DNA of 64,000 nt from Octopus sinensis. Taxonomy: Eukaryota. The notes under the pieces are model-generated. The model was not told where the DNA came from. It did no database searches and was given only the letters and a program-made list of their open reading frames with translations. The DNA is taken from contig NC_043001.1 of NCBI RefSeq assembly GCF_006345805.1, forward strand, positions 128,712,001 through 128,776,000, read 5' to 3'. How positions within the stretch are numbered: position 1 is the stretch's first letter; every line of letters starts with the position of its first letter. Shown piece by piece: positions 11,640 through 24,595 of the stretch. Made by a program: the position numbers and the translations under genes.

Positions 11640-11870
11640 TCTTTACAAATTTCTTTCACCTTCTCAAGGTACCTGTTGTAGTAATTGTTTCTGTTTTCAC
11701 CCCTCACATTCTGGTTGTCTCTATTTTTGGACCTAAATATATTTGGATCATTTCTCTAATTCTTTTAGAGATATGTTATCATCTATCCAGACTGATACTT
11801 CAATAAAGAGACATCTCCTTTCTTGGTGCTCCTTAACAATGTAATGTTCCCTCAACCATTGCCCTTGTGG
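11640..11870 (-). pseudogene. Dong/R4 LINE C-terminal fragment
   Basis: RCLFIEVSVWIDDNISLKELEK*SKY..KIETTRM..KTETI, matching the RLE C-terminal D/EK-K-Y pattern. Confidence 0.7.
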
Positions 11871-11907
11871 CAAACAAAGAAACATTATCTATTATTATTG
11901 TTATTAA

Positions 11908-12217
11908 GGTGAAGAAGCATGGCCCAGTGGTTAGGCTGTTACACTCATGATCAGGAGATCATGGTTTCAGTTTCTAGGCTGGGTGGTGCACTGTGTTCTT
12001 GAGCAAAACACTTCATCTCACATTGTTCTTCAATCACTTCACCACCTGACATGTGGTACACCATGAACCTGTTCGGACGTCAATTTGATGGCAGGAGTGA
12101 GACAATGTACAACACATGTATTTGATCACTTATAAGCAAATCATTTGTGCAGATCATATGGCAAAAAAAAAAGCTGAACACTCACACGTCATCGTCAACA
12201 GGGGAGTCCATCATTAT
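11908..12217 (+). mobile_element. tRNA/CORE-like SINE, family F
   Basis: Head gcatggcccagtggttagg...tttcagtttct, tgtgttcttgagcaaaacacttcat centre, distinct tail. Confidence 0.65.
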
Positions 12218-12221
12218 TGAG

Positions 12222-13075
12222 GCAGTGAGCTGGCAGAATTGTTAGCACATTGGACAAAATGCTTAGTGGCATTTTGTCCAACTTTACATTCTAAGTTTAA
12301 ATTCTGGCAAAGTTGACTCTACCTTTCATGCTTTAGGGGTCAATAAAATAGCAGTTGATCTATAGGGGTCAGTATAAACGATTTTCTCCCCCACCCCGAA
12401 ATTGCTGGTCTTATGCCAGCTGGTGGATTTGTTAACATGCCAGGAAAATGCTTAGCAGCATTTCTTCCAGCTCTTTATGTTCTGAGTTCAAATTCTGTCA
12501 AGGTCAACTTTGCCTTTCATCCTTTTGGGGTCAATAGAATAAGCACCAGTTGAATATCGGGGTTGATGTGATCGACTACCCCCACCCCACCTCACCCTAC
12601 CCAAATTTCTGGCCTTGTGCCTATAGTAGAAAAGGATTATTATTATTGGTGGCGAGCTGGCAGAATCATTAGCACACTGGATGAAATGCTTCGCAGTATT
12701 TTGCCCATAGCGACATTCTGAGTTCAAATTCCACCGAGGTTAACTTTGCCTTTCATCCTTTCCTGGTTGATGTAATCGATTATCCACCTCCCCGCAAATT
12801 CCAGGTCTTGTGCCTATGTTATAAAGGATTATTATTATTGTTGTTGTTGTTGTTGTTAAGACAACAAGCTGGCAGAATCATCAGCACATTGGACAAAATG
12901 CTTTGTAAGCATTTATTCTGACACCTTACTTTCTGAGTTCAAATACCTCCTAGAAAAACTTTGCATTTCGTCCTTTCAAGGCTGACCTGACTAAAACCCT
13001 CCACCAGAATTGCTGGCCTTGTGCCAAAACTTGAAATAATTATAATTATTATTATTATCATTATTAATATTATTA
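12222..13075 (+). mobile_element. Head-to-tail train of four SINE B2 copies
   Basis: Heads gagctggcagaa at about 12226, 12418 (truncated), 12654 and 12867, separated by (ATT/GTT)n tails. Confidence 0.8.
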
Positions 13076-13840
13076 TAATTGGCTTTTATGGGTTTTTCCA
13101 CCAGGAACCTTTCGTAACGCCTCCCCCTATTGGGAGTTTTTCGTTGTTATATTATTTGATTGTTACAGTTTTTACACGATTTTTTCACAAACGGACAAAA
13201 CCCTTTGTAACCTTTCGTCCTGTTTTGTCCCTTTATGTTTCCAATCATGTGTGTCAGCCCTTGTGGCCAATAAAAAAAATTAATTATTATTATTATTATA
13301 TAAAGAAATCGGTGCTATTAGGAAATAAACAAAGCAATTCTTGTGATAATAATTGTTGTTATTGTTGTTTGCCTAAAACAAATCAAGATGTTTGTTTGGT
13401 TGTTGTTATGTCATTTCCTTAACAAAGACATCTCCAGTGTGATTCAATCGAGAGAGACAGAGAGGCGGACGCAAGAGACTAATGACCAAAGTTGAATGTA
13501 TTTTCATTAACAGATTGAATTTCATTCAAGAGAAGGATGGGAATGAATGGTGTGGTAATAGTGGTGGTGGTGGTGGTGTGCACCAAGTAATGGTAGTGAC
13601 AGTAGTGATGGTGGTAGTGTGCGTCATAGTGAAGTAGTATGTATGTAGTGATGGTGGTGGATGTGGACGTGTGCATGTGTTGATGGTAGTGATGTTATAT
13701 TAAAGTGGTGTGTACCTAGAGATAGTGATATTGGTGGTGCACTGATTACAGTGGTATTTTGATAATGTGTTGCATACCAGTGTTGATGATAGTGTTCTGT
13801 GTACACTGATGGTAGTATTATCATGTTGTTACCATGACGG

Positions 13841-13980
13841 CTAATATTGGGGGTTGTGTCCTATGCCCTGACCCGAGCATAGAATGGGGTTTGCCCCTTT
13901 GAGCTGGGAAATGGAATGCCTGGTGTGTATGTCTTGTTGTGGATACCCACTCCTAAAGGAAAAAATGGGGAATTGGCCTG

Positions 13981-14018
<38 letters not shown>

Positions 14019-14396
14019 CACCCCCCCCCCATCCAATGGACAGTGCTGAGTTGTCAGACATTTAAATCAAATTTTCTCAAAACAACTTGTTCAACCGTCC
14101 CATAGGCCTCCCCTTTGAGAAAAAATTGATTTAACCTAAATTTGAGACACCAGCAAAAGAAGAAATAAAGAGACTTTTTTTCTATTCCAAGAAAAACGAT
14201 TTTACAAATGCATGCTCCCATGGCTTTATTGATCGCATTCTCACTTGGAATCGATTTTTGTAATTTTTTGAAGACTTATACATGCCCTGATACCGTCGGT
14301 ATCTACATTTCAAATTTGAGCGCAATCAAATGGAGGATGCCCGAGATCCTAGAAGACACACACACAGACAGACAGAACGGATTTTATATAATAGAA
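13841..14396 (-). mobile_element. Probable non-autonomous Helitron-like element
   Basis: Minus-strand start tctattatataaaatccgttctgtctgtctgtgtg resembles the 5' ends of the Helitrons at 29551 and 38460; 3' end uncertain. Confidence 0.45.
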
Positions 14397-14427
14397 TATA
14401 TATATACACATGTGGTGGTGGGGTTCC

Positions 14428-14815
14428 ATTTACCAACTGCACTCACAAGGCTTTGGTTGGCCTGAAGCTAGGGTAGAAGACATCTGCCCAAGATGCCTTG
14501 CAGTGGAACTGAACCTAGAACCATGTGATTGGGAAGCAAGCTTCTTACCTATTTCTTTACTACCCACAAGGGGCTAAACACAGAGGGGACAAACAAGGAC
14601 AGACAAACGGATTAAGTCGATTACATCGACCCCAGTGCATAACTGGTACTTAATCTATCGACCCTGAAAGGATGAAAGGCAAAGTCTACCTCGGCGGAAT
14701 TTGAACTCAGAACATAACGGCAGACGAAATACGGCTACGCATTTCGCCCAGCGTTCTAACGATTCTGCCAGCTCGCCGCCTTGATTGGGAAGCAAGCTTC
14801 TTACCACACAGCCAT
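14428..14815 (-). mobile_element. Family A SINE 5' part, interrupted by a family B SINE
   Basis: Family A head split at 14549/14782. Confidence 0.8.
14550..14781 (-). mobile_element. Young SINE family B with 24-bp TSD
   Basis: TSD tgattgggaagcaagcttcttacc at 14526-14549 and 14782-14805. Confidence 0.95.
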
Positions 14816-14899
14816 GCATGTCGCTAAAATTAAAAAATAAACATGCAATGAAATATTTACACTGAAATAGTTCTAATTGAGAAATTTTCCACCTTGGGG

Positions 14900-15230
14900 C
14901 CAATCAAGGAATCTCACATAAATCTTGGATAGCTCTGGATTGCCTACTGCTGCATATTGGGAGTGGACCCATTCAGAAATGTCATGCTCATTATTCTCAT
15001 GACTTTTAGTAAATTTACTGAGAGGCAATACCTACCCCTCTGCTCTCATTTTCTTCATCAAACAGTAAAAAAGTTGTTGAGAGCTTGGCCAGCAGAAAAG
15101 GCTCTGTTTTGAATTTTTTCAGTCTTGTCCACCATATTACCTCTTTTTCCATAGCCATCAAACAAGAAAAATGTTTGTCCTTCCTCCTGCCAAAGAATGC
15201 TTCAAATTTGGGAGAGGTGTACCAAGTTAT
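14900..15230 (-). pseudogene. Tx1/L1-type LINE ORF2 3' fragment
   Basis: KHFSCLMAMEKEVIWWTRLKKFKTEPFL, similar to AREVIWRTRLKGLKLGTFISG in the Tx1 remnant at ~34100. Confidence 0.55.
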
Positions 15231-15488
15231 GGTGGTGGTGGGGTTGATGAGAGTGATACTGATGTAGTACCTGCCTAGTGATGGTAGTGTGATTGTCCTG
15301 ATGCTGTGTATGTGTGACTAGTATTGGTGGCAGTGGTATCATTGTAACAAGTGTTGATTATGATGCTGATGTTATTGTAGTCAACCTTCAACAAAGAAGC
15401 CTATTTACAAAAGTATTCTCAACTATGACCATCATGTCTTTTTAATGATATGTACAAAAACATTATAAAAAAAAACATTCAAACAAGG

Positions 15489-15775
15489 TCATTGCCAGTG
15501 CTACTGGACTGGCTCCTGTGCAGGTGGCACATAAAACAAAACACTATTTCAGCGTGGCCGTTGCCAGTACTGCCTGACTGGTCCTTGTGCCGGTGGCACG
15601 TAAAAGCACCCATTACACTCTTGGAGTGGTTGGTTGGTGTTAGGAAGGGCATCCAGCTGTAGAGACTCTGCCAGATCAGATTGGAGTCTGGCGCAGCCAT
15701 CTGGTTCACCAGACCTCAGTCAAATCGTCCAACCCATGCTAGTATGGAAAGCAGACGTTAAACGATGATGATGAT
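15489..15775 (+). mobile_element. SINE family E
   Basis: Tandem 5' subrepeats plus the (GAT)n tail. Confidence 0.85.
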
Positions 15776-15784
15776 TTTATTTCT

Positions 15785-16255
15785 TTAATAGGACAGGACC
15801 ACACTATCAATGGAAAGTACTATGTTAGCTTCCTGAGGCAGTTACAAAAGGCTGTCAGGATCAAATGCCTATGAAAACTGACAAAAGGGGTTTCTTTCAT
15901 CAGCACAATACTGGTTTCCAATCTCTGGTTTCAATGGTGGCTATGCATGACTGTGGCTTTCAACTGGTTGATTACACTTCTTATTCTCCTGATTTGTCCC
16001 CATCTGTTTCCCACTGTGAAAAATCATTTGCCTGGGAACAAGTATTGCGACGTTGATGATGTTATATCTGTTGTTGATGACTTTTTTTTTATTAGTAAGA
16101 TGAAAGCTTCTTCACCAATGGGATCTAAGCACTGCAACACCAAAGGAAGAAGATTGTGGACTGCAAGGGGAGCTATGTTGAAAAATAAACCTCGTTTGGT
16201 CACATTCCATGAGAATATATTGGCCACCCTATGAACTTTTCAACTGACCCCTGTA
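15785..16255 (+). pseudogene. mariner transposase 3' half with right TIR
   Basis: TINGKYYVSFLRQL...YSPDLSPS...KNHLPG...DDVI...GSYVEK*; YSPDL motif; ends ...actgacccctg|ta. Confidence 0.88.
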
Positions 16256-16629
16256 TAAAGTTAAAATTATTGCTATCAACTCAAATGGATCATTTGTTAG
16301 TAAATATAACTTATAATTAATAATAATACACCTTTCACTTGCTGAGAAGTTAGTAACATAAATTTTTATATAATTTTTCTCAAGTTTAATTAATATGTAG
16401 ATGAAATTTGTAACCCAGTTGATATAAGAGAACCAACTCACACATTTTGAAGTTAATTATCCCTTCTACTGCAACGTTGTACAATATGTGCATGTTAGTC
16501 TCTGTCTATCTATCTATCTATATGCACATGCTGCACTATTTGAGCCCAAGGTTTTCCCCTGTTCTATTTTGATTTCTATTTTTGCAAGTTACTATTCCAT
16601 GACATGTGTTCATGTGTGTACAGACACAA

Positions 16630-16646
16630 TACACACATTGATATGT

Positions 16647-16684
<38 letters not shown>

Positions 16685-17437
16685 TATATATATTTATTTA
16701 TTTATTTATTATATGCACACACACAAGCATGCACAAACACATGTGCAATCACACACACATCTGCAAACACACATGCACATACATATATATTTATATACAC
16801 ATACACAGCTATATACATACATTCCTATATATATACATATTTTTTTTTATTAGGAATCCAAGCCCTATATGCATAATGTTTTCCGTATCTGGAAAGGAAA
16901 AATATTTCTGCTTAAATTTTAATTAAATATATGAAGAAGTTAAAATTTTAATTAATTAAACCTTTTACTAAAAATGTTCTTTATTATAGTTAAATACATG
17001 GCAGATGTTAAATTTTAAAGATTAAAACTTTTAATGAAAAGTATTCATTATTATATTTTAATTAAATTCACCAAAGATATTAAAAATTTAATATTTAATT
17101 AAACAAGTGATTAATATTCTTCCCAGTTTTCTTGTGATTATGTGTGAGGGTGTGTGATGTGTACAAATATGCATGCAAGTGCGTATATATATTTTTAGAT
17201 GTATGTATGTATGTATGTATGTATGTATATATGCATAAACATATGATTGTATATATAAATTATGTGTTTATGTATATGTGTATGTGTATATATATATATG
17301 TACATATATATGTATGTACATATATTTGCATATATATATGTACATATATTTGCATATATATATATGTACATATATTTGCATATATATATATGTACATATA
17401 TTTGCATATATATATGTACATATATTTGCACACACAC

Positions 17438-17483
<46 letters not shown>

Positions 17484-17545
17484 CAAAAATACATATACTC
17501 ATATGTTCATATCTATACACTCACTCACACACACAAACACACACA
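16630..17545. repeat. (TA)/(TATG)/(TACATATATTTGCATATA) low-complexity tracts
   Basis: Directly visible; source of spurious YI-rich ORFs. Confidence 0.9.
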
Positions 17546-17750
17546 CCTCTGACTTTACAAAAGGAGATAAAAATTACTCAGTACATCAAATAGAAAGTAT
17601 GAAACATATTTGCTTGCTTTTTAATTTTTATTATTTTTATTTCAGAAGCCAAAACTTTACAGTGAATTATTTCAAGTGGTAACACACAGCTTAATTTCAC
17701 TATGATGTCTTGGCTTCTGAAATTGCAAAACACACGCACAATATATATAT

Positions 17751-18139
17751 ATTCTTTTATTTGTTTCAGTCAATTGAAACCACTTTAAAGGGTTTTTAGT
17801 CAAAGAAATAGACCCCAGGATTTATTTTTTGTAAGCCTAGTACTTAATCAATTGGTCTCTCTTGCTGAACCGCTAAAATATGGGGATGTAAACACCAATA
17901 TCGGTTGTCAAGTGATGGTGGGGTGACAAACATAGATACAAAAATACACACACATAAATATATATACATATATATACATACAGACAATAGGCTTCTTTCA
18001 GCTTCTGTCTACCAAATCCACTCACATGGCGTTGCTTGGCCCAATGCTATAGTAGAAGACACTTGCCCAAAGTGATATGCAATGGGACTGATCCCAGAAC
18101 CATGTGGTTGAGTAGAAAACTTCTTACCACACCTGCACC
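17751..18139 (-). mobile_element. Old family A-related SINE
   Basis: Diverged full-length match to family A. Confidence 0.8.
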
Positions 18140-18832
18140 TATATATCTATATATATAATAAAATGGAAGATGTGTGTGTGTGTACAGGCCTTTTTCTTGA
18201 TCTTCCTTAAAATTTATATTGCTGATCTGATTTCATTCACACTGAGAACATACATCACCTATGTTCCAGAGATGGTCACAGATTCTTCAAATTTTCCACA
18301 TAATGAGTAATGCTGTCCCTAGGGGATGAAAACACCATCTCATAGGTAAATAACAAATACTAACGATCGTTGCTTCAAGGAACATTACACTTCATTTTGT
18401 CTTCTACTACAGTTCTTACAATGCCCATTCACTGCAAACTGCTGATATTTGCACATTAGCACTTCCTTCAGGTAGCCATGCAATTTAAATCAACTTTTAT
18501 TTTTTAATTGCCTTCAGAAATTAATCCATATTATATATATTCTCTGCTTTTACTCATACCAAATTGTGACAATGCCCATTCGCTGCAAACTGCTAATATT
18601 TTCACTTTAGCACTTCCTTGAGGTAGCCATGCAGTTTAAATCAACTTTTAATTATCTTTTAAATACCTTAAGACAATGTTTAGCCAGAATGCCCTAAGGT
18701 TCAGATGTCTCAACCCTTCTTAAGGTCATTATGACAATTTTCAGAATCCACTCAGAAAACAATAGTACAACAAACATCACTCAAGCATTCGACTTAACCT
18801 CCTTCTACCTTCACTTTGCAGATAATCGTGCA

Positions 18833-19435
18833 ATGTCACCTGGGAGAAAGAGAGCTCGCATTGGTAGACTGACTCGTGCTGCTGTCAAAGCCAGAAGATA
18901 TAAGGATAAAGGCGGCAAGCTGGCAGAAATGTTAGCACGGCGGGCGAAATGCGTGGCCGTATTTCGTCTGCCGTTACGTTCTGAGTTCAAATTCCGTCGA
19001 GGTCGACTTTGCCTTTCATCCTTTCGGGGTCGATTAAATAAGTACCAGTTATACACTGGGGTCGATGTAATCGACTTAACCCCTTTGTCTGTCCTTGTTT
19101 CTCCTCTCTGTGTTTAGCCCTTGTGGGTAGTAAAGAAATAGATATAAGGATAATGAAACTCAGGACCTGAGGTCCCACTGGCTGTCCCAGCAGGCTGCCT
19201 ATGATGCCGCTGCACATGCAGTACATGCACCTGTAACTTCTGTAACTGTTAAGGCTTCAAAGTCTGAAGAAGAGCTTGTGGCCTGCTGAGCCTGTCATGC
19301 TGCAACTGCTGCTGCTGCTGCCGCCAGGGCTACTGAGTCACCTCAACAACAGGTTATCTGGTTGGCATATCTTGCCAAAAATGCTTCAGCTGCAAACTCT
19401 CCACAACAGCGCACAGAGTTGTTAGGAGATTAGAT
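18833..19435 (+). pseudogene. Probable Helitron RepHel N-terminal remnant
   Basis: After removing the SINE: MSPGRKRARIGRLTRAAVKARRYKDNETQDLRSHWLSQQAAYDAA...ATESPQQQ...NSPQQRTE, the style of Helitron N-terminal repeats; no catalytic motif seen. Confidence 0.45.
18910..19139 (+). mobile_element. Young SINE family B
   Basis: 14-bp TSD agatataaggataa (18896-18909 / 19140-19153). Confidence 0.95.
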
Positions 19436-19805
19436 AGAATATCTTACAGTATTTGTTCTGATCCCTGCACTTATGGATCAAATCCTGCCTAAGTCAACTT
19501 TGTTTTTCATCTCAATGAAAAGAAGAAAAAAAAACAGGTACTAATCTATGGTAGGTGACTGTCAAAACTGTTAGAGCATCAGACAAGATGCTTCATGCTA
19601 TCAGTTCTAACTCTTTGTGTCTTGACCGTCATGCCATCAAAGAAACTGGCGTGAAGTCTAAAAGTGGTAGATTTTCCCATGGACAGCATTGGTGGCATGG
19701 AAAGAAGAGACTGGCATGCTTGGCCAATCTTGACTGACTTCATTTTTATATGTAGTAACCTTAAAAATACTGGCAGAATCATTAGGAGGTTGAGAAAAAA
19801 ATACC

Positions 19806-21328
19806 TTGTTAATACACATATTTTCTTCACTTGTTTGTTGTTTTTTTAACCGTTTTAACCTCACCAGAAGAATGATGCTCAAAAGATACACAAAGATCCC
19901 TTGCCGATGTGACATTTTGCACTTAAATACTCAACTGTCAGGTCATGTCACACCTTTACAAAATAATTTTATTTTTAATAGTTTTAAATTAATTTTTAAT
20001 TTTCTTGTCATAGATGGTTGTTTATATTCTTCTCATTTATATGGAATATTGGACTAAAAAAGAATTTTTATCTTCTCTTTTGTATTGTAGTGAAGAGCTG
20101 ATAAAATATTTGTTGATAAAGCAATAAAAATCAACCATTTGCAATATCTATTTCAGATTTCATAAGAAATTTAAAGATTGTTTTGTTTTAATATAAATCT
20201 TTACAATATTTAAGGAAAAGCCTGGAATGAATCAAGATATTATGACCTGAAGTACAGAAATCATTTGATGTAACATAATAATGGTTTCAAATTTTGGCAT
20301 GGGACAAGCAGTTCTTGAAGAGAGGGGGAAGTTGATTATATCAATCCCAGTACTTTACTGGTACTTTGTTTATCAACCCTGAAAGAATGAAGGGCAAAGT
20401 CAGCTTCATTGGAATTTGAACTCAGAAATGTAAAACCAAAAGAAATGCTGCTAAGCATTTTGTTCGGCATGCTAATGTTTCTGCCTGCTCACCTCTTTCT
20501 AATTTTAGCACAAAGTCGGCAGTTTTGATGGGAGGGGGTCAAGTCAATTACATTGACACCTATACTTGATTGGTACTTTATTTTATCATCTCTGAGAGGA
20601 TAAAAAAAAACTAAGTTGACCGCAGCAGGAGTTGAACTCAAAATGTAAAGTACTGGTGCAAATCCTGCATGCTGAACAAAATGCTTAGCAGCATTTCTTT
20701 TGGTTTTCTGAGTTCAAATTCCACTGAAGCTGACTTTGCCCTTCATTCTTTCAGGGTTGATAAACAAAGTACCAGTAAAGTACTGGGATCGATATAATCA
20801 ACTTCTCCCTCTCCTCAAGAACTGCTTGCCCCATGCCAAAATTTGAAACCATTATTATGTTACATCAAATGATTTCTGTACTTCAGGTTATAATATCTTG
20901 ATTCATTCCAGGCTTTTCCTTAAATATTGTAAAGATTTATATTAAAACAAAACAATCTTTAAATTTCTTATGAAATCTGAAATAGATATTGCAAATGGTT
21001 GATTTTTATTGCTTTATCAACAAATATTTTATCAGCTCTCACTACAATACAAAAGAGAAGATAAAAATTCTTTTTTAGTCCAATATTCCATATAAATGAG
21101 AAGAATATAAACAACCATCTATGACAAGAAAATTAAAAATTAATTTAAAACTATTAAAAATAAAATTATTTTGTAAAGGTGTGACATGACCTGACAGTTG
21201 AGTATTTAAGTGCAAAATGTCACATCGGCAAGGGATCTTTGTGTATCTTTTGAGCATCATTCTTCTGGTGAGGTTAAAACGGTTAAAAAACAACAACAAA
21301 CAAATGAAGAAAATATGTACATTAACAA
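19806..21328. repeat. Long inverted duplication: arms 19806-20472 and 20667-21328, spacer ~194 bp
   Basis: Arms are reverse complements with only scattered substitutions and a ~7-bp indel; the ORF track gives the same peptide on both strands (19806..20057 +, 21075..21368 -). Confidence 0.95.
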
Positions 21329-22567
21329 AAGAAGGTTGATGACAAAAATACTTGTGGAAAATTTTCATTGAATTTAGATTAGGTTTGATGAAGACTCACA
21401 GGGATTACAGATAATCCAACTAAAATACAAAGTACACATCTTTATCAATGAAAATACTACTAAGGCTTTAGATACAAAAAAAATATATACAGCAATGTTT
21501 TCTTTCAATAATACCATGATAAAACATGAAATTTTGAAGAATTCAATAATAATAATAATTATAATAATAATAATAATAATAATGATAATAATAATAATAA
21601 TAATAATAATAATGCTGATGATAATATATCACAAACTTCATGGGAATTATGATCAAAGAAACCAAAGTTTGAAAGAAAACTCATTTTATTGAAATTAGAA
21701 ACTGCACCACTGACTATTTCAAAGAAACTCATGATTTCAGTCAAATTATGATTGATCTTCAATTTCTTTTTTTATTCAAGGAAAAATCTTTATTTCATTG
21801 ACATTTATCAATGAATTGGTTAAAGTTTGAAGAAAAAGCATAATTTTTCCTTCTCTTTCTTCACAGTAACTATGATTGATAGAAATCTAGTTATGATTTC
21901 AAGTGAAGGCAAAAATAATTATTTCATTGACAGTATTTGTCAACTTATTAAGGTTTGAGCTGGAAGGTCAGCCATCTTGTTTGAGTATATTTTTTTTTAT
22001 TTCTAGTAAGAAAGCATTTATTGATGCACATTTATATATATATGTGTGTATATATATGTGTGTATATATATATGTGTATATATATATATATATTTCTCAT
22101 TAAAAATTATGGTCAATCTGGTTTGAACATTTGAAAAAGAAACATGCCCAAACATTAAAATTGCAACAGAATATCTGGAAAAACATATATTATTAGTAAA
22201 AATATAAATTTCAAAATAAAAATTTCTAAATCAAGAAATGAAATCTGAGGATGATTTAATGTTACGCCTCAAATTAAGAATGTTCCTTGGACTATCACAG
22301 GAAAATCTAAGAAAGGATTTCCTTTTGGCTTTCAACGGAAATTAAAAAGCAAAAGAGATGGAAATACACATACGTACATGCATACACATGGTGACACATG
22401 CATGTATGTATGTACATATGTATGGATAGATGGATGTATAGACATGGATGCACACACAAAGCACTCATTTAAGTAATGAAATAAGAATACAAAGGAAATT
22501 AAAAATTCCATATATATTTGTGTACATATTACATGTGTGTATATTTATCATCACCTATCTATCTACC

Positions 22568-22574
<7 letters not shown>

Positions 22575-22624
<50 letters not shown>

Positions 22625-22642
22625 TATATGTGTGTGTATATA

Positions 22643-22696
<54 letters not shown>

Positions 22697-22989
22697 CACA
22701 CACACACATATACATACACGCACACATATATTCACAAACATACACATAAAGAAATGTATATGCATACTTACATATGAATTACACATAAATAAATGCATAT
22801 ATATATGCAACTGTGTGTATATAGTTATATGTATATATTTGTATGTAATAATATACATACACACACACACACATATACATAGACATAAAATATATATAGG
22901 TATACACCTCCCCATATACACACAATATATATATATATACATATACAAACATACACGCGAGAGAGAGAGAGAGGGAGACATACACACAC

Positions 22990-23059
<70 letters not shown>

Positions 23060-23060
23060 T
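22575..23060. repeat. (TA)n/(TG)n/(CA)n/(GA)n tracts
   Basis: Directly visible. Confidence 0.9.
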
Positions 23061-23340
23061 ACACGCACACACTTCTTTGTGTGTGTAAGTATCCATCATG
23101 GATACATGTGCATGATAGCATGGACAGTCATTTCATAAATAAATGCTAGCTGGATAAACACAATGAAATGTGAAGAAGAAGGGTTATAGTAAAAAAACAA
23201 AAACAAACACACACAAAAAAAAAATTAAAAAAAAGGGGAATTGAACGAAGACTAAACTCCTGAACTTTCCGGATGCTGTTGTTTATACTTTGAATTTGTC
23301 TGGAAAATGATGAGGCTTAAATTCAGATTGAAAAATACAC

Positions 23341-23342
<2 letters not shown>

Positions 23343-23394
<52 letters not shown>

Positions 23395-23533
23395 TATTAT
23401 TGTCATTATTTTAACAATTATTATTGTTGTTGTTGTTGTTGTTACGATTATTACTTCTATTATTATTGTGGTTGTTGTTATTACTATTATTAGTGATACA
23501 TGTGTAATTACTGAGTCAAATAACGACAACCCC

Positions 23534-23579
<46 letters not shown>

Positions 23580-23650
23580 TTGATAATGATAATAATAAGA
23601 ACAACTACAAAAATATTAATAATAATGTCAATAATAATAATAATAATTGT
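23343..23650. repeat. (ATT)n then (AAT)n trinucleotide tracts
   Basis: Directly visible. Confidence 0.9.
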
Positions 23651-24186
23651 TTCTAGTCTTAAAATAATTATTTAACAATAAAGGGACAAAACCAAATCTA
23701 CACGAAAAAACCAAAAAAAAAAAAAACCCAATAAAAAACAATACTTAAGAACAAATCATTGATAAAGCAAAATATACACAGAATAAATGGGAAATCAAAT
23801 ATTTATACAGGTTGAATATGAGGAGTGTCAGAGAATATGATATGTTTTATCAGGAAGCAAAATGAGAGATAGACTAAATATTTGAAATCTTTGAGTAAAT
23901 AAACTAAAATCATCAAACATCATCTCTACCCCACCTTACACAACACCCCACGCTGCCACCAATACTGCTGCTGTTGTGACTCTTTCTCGGTGCCACCCAC
24001 CTACACATATCCTCGCTCCACCCAACAGAATAACCTTATCCATTTGCAACTGAGATGAAAATAGACTGGTACACAATTGTGTGTGCGTGTGCGGACTATA
24101 TATATCTATATATCATATACACAGTTATGTATGTATGCATATATATATATATGTAAATAAACACACACACATATGTATGTATATAC

Positions 24187-24217
<31 letters not shown>

Positions 24218-24259
24218 TATGTATGTATATATAAATATATATACATACACATATCTATG

Positions 24260-24310
<51 letters not shown>

Positions 24311-24313
<3 letters not shown>

Positions 24314-24420
24314 CTGCTCGCTTAGCCAGCGGGGTGGCGTCATTCGAAGGCTAAAACAATGCGAACGCATTGTGACCAGCGATGTGTAACAACATCTGAT
24401 GGTCTGGTCGAAGAAGAAAG
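24311..24420. other. GC-rich multi-hairpin island within (TA)n, probably a SINE 3' fragment
   Basis: Hairpins caatgcg-aa-cgcattg, gatgt-gtaaca-acatc and gaccag...ctggtc. Confidence 0.45.
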
Positions 24421-24595
24421 AAAAATATATATGTATATGTGTATATATATATGTATATACATATACGTATATATATATGTATATGCATATATATATGTAT
24501 GTATATACATGCATGTGTGTATATATATATGTACATACATATATATATGTGTATGTATATACATGCATGTATGAATATATATATATATATATATA

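Noticed and set aside
17646-17678. Plus-strand micro-exon candidate (a similar one lies near 27114-27166)
   Set aside because: No homology or linking exons; such pseudo-exons are expected by chance in AT-rich DNA
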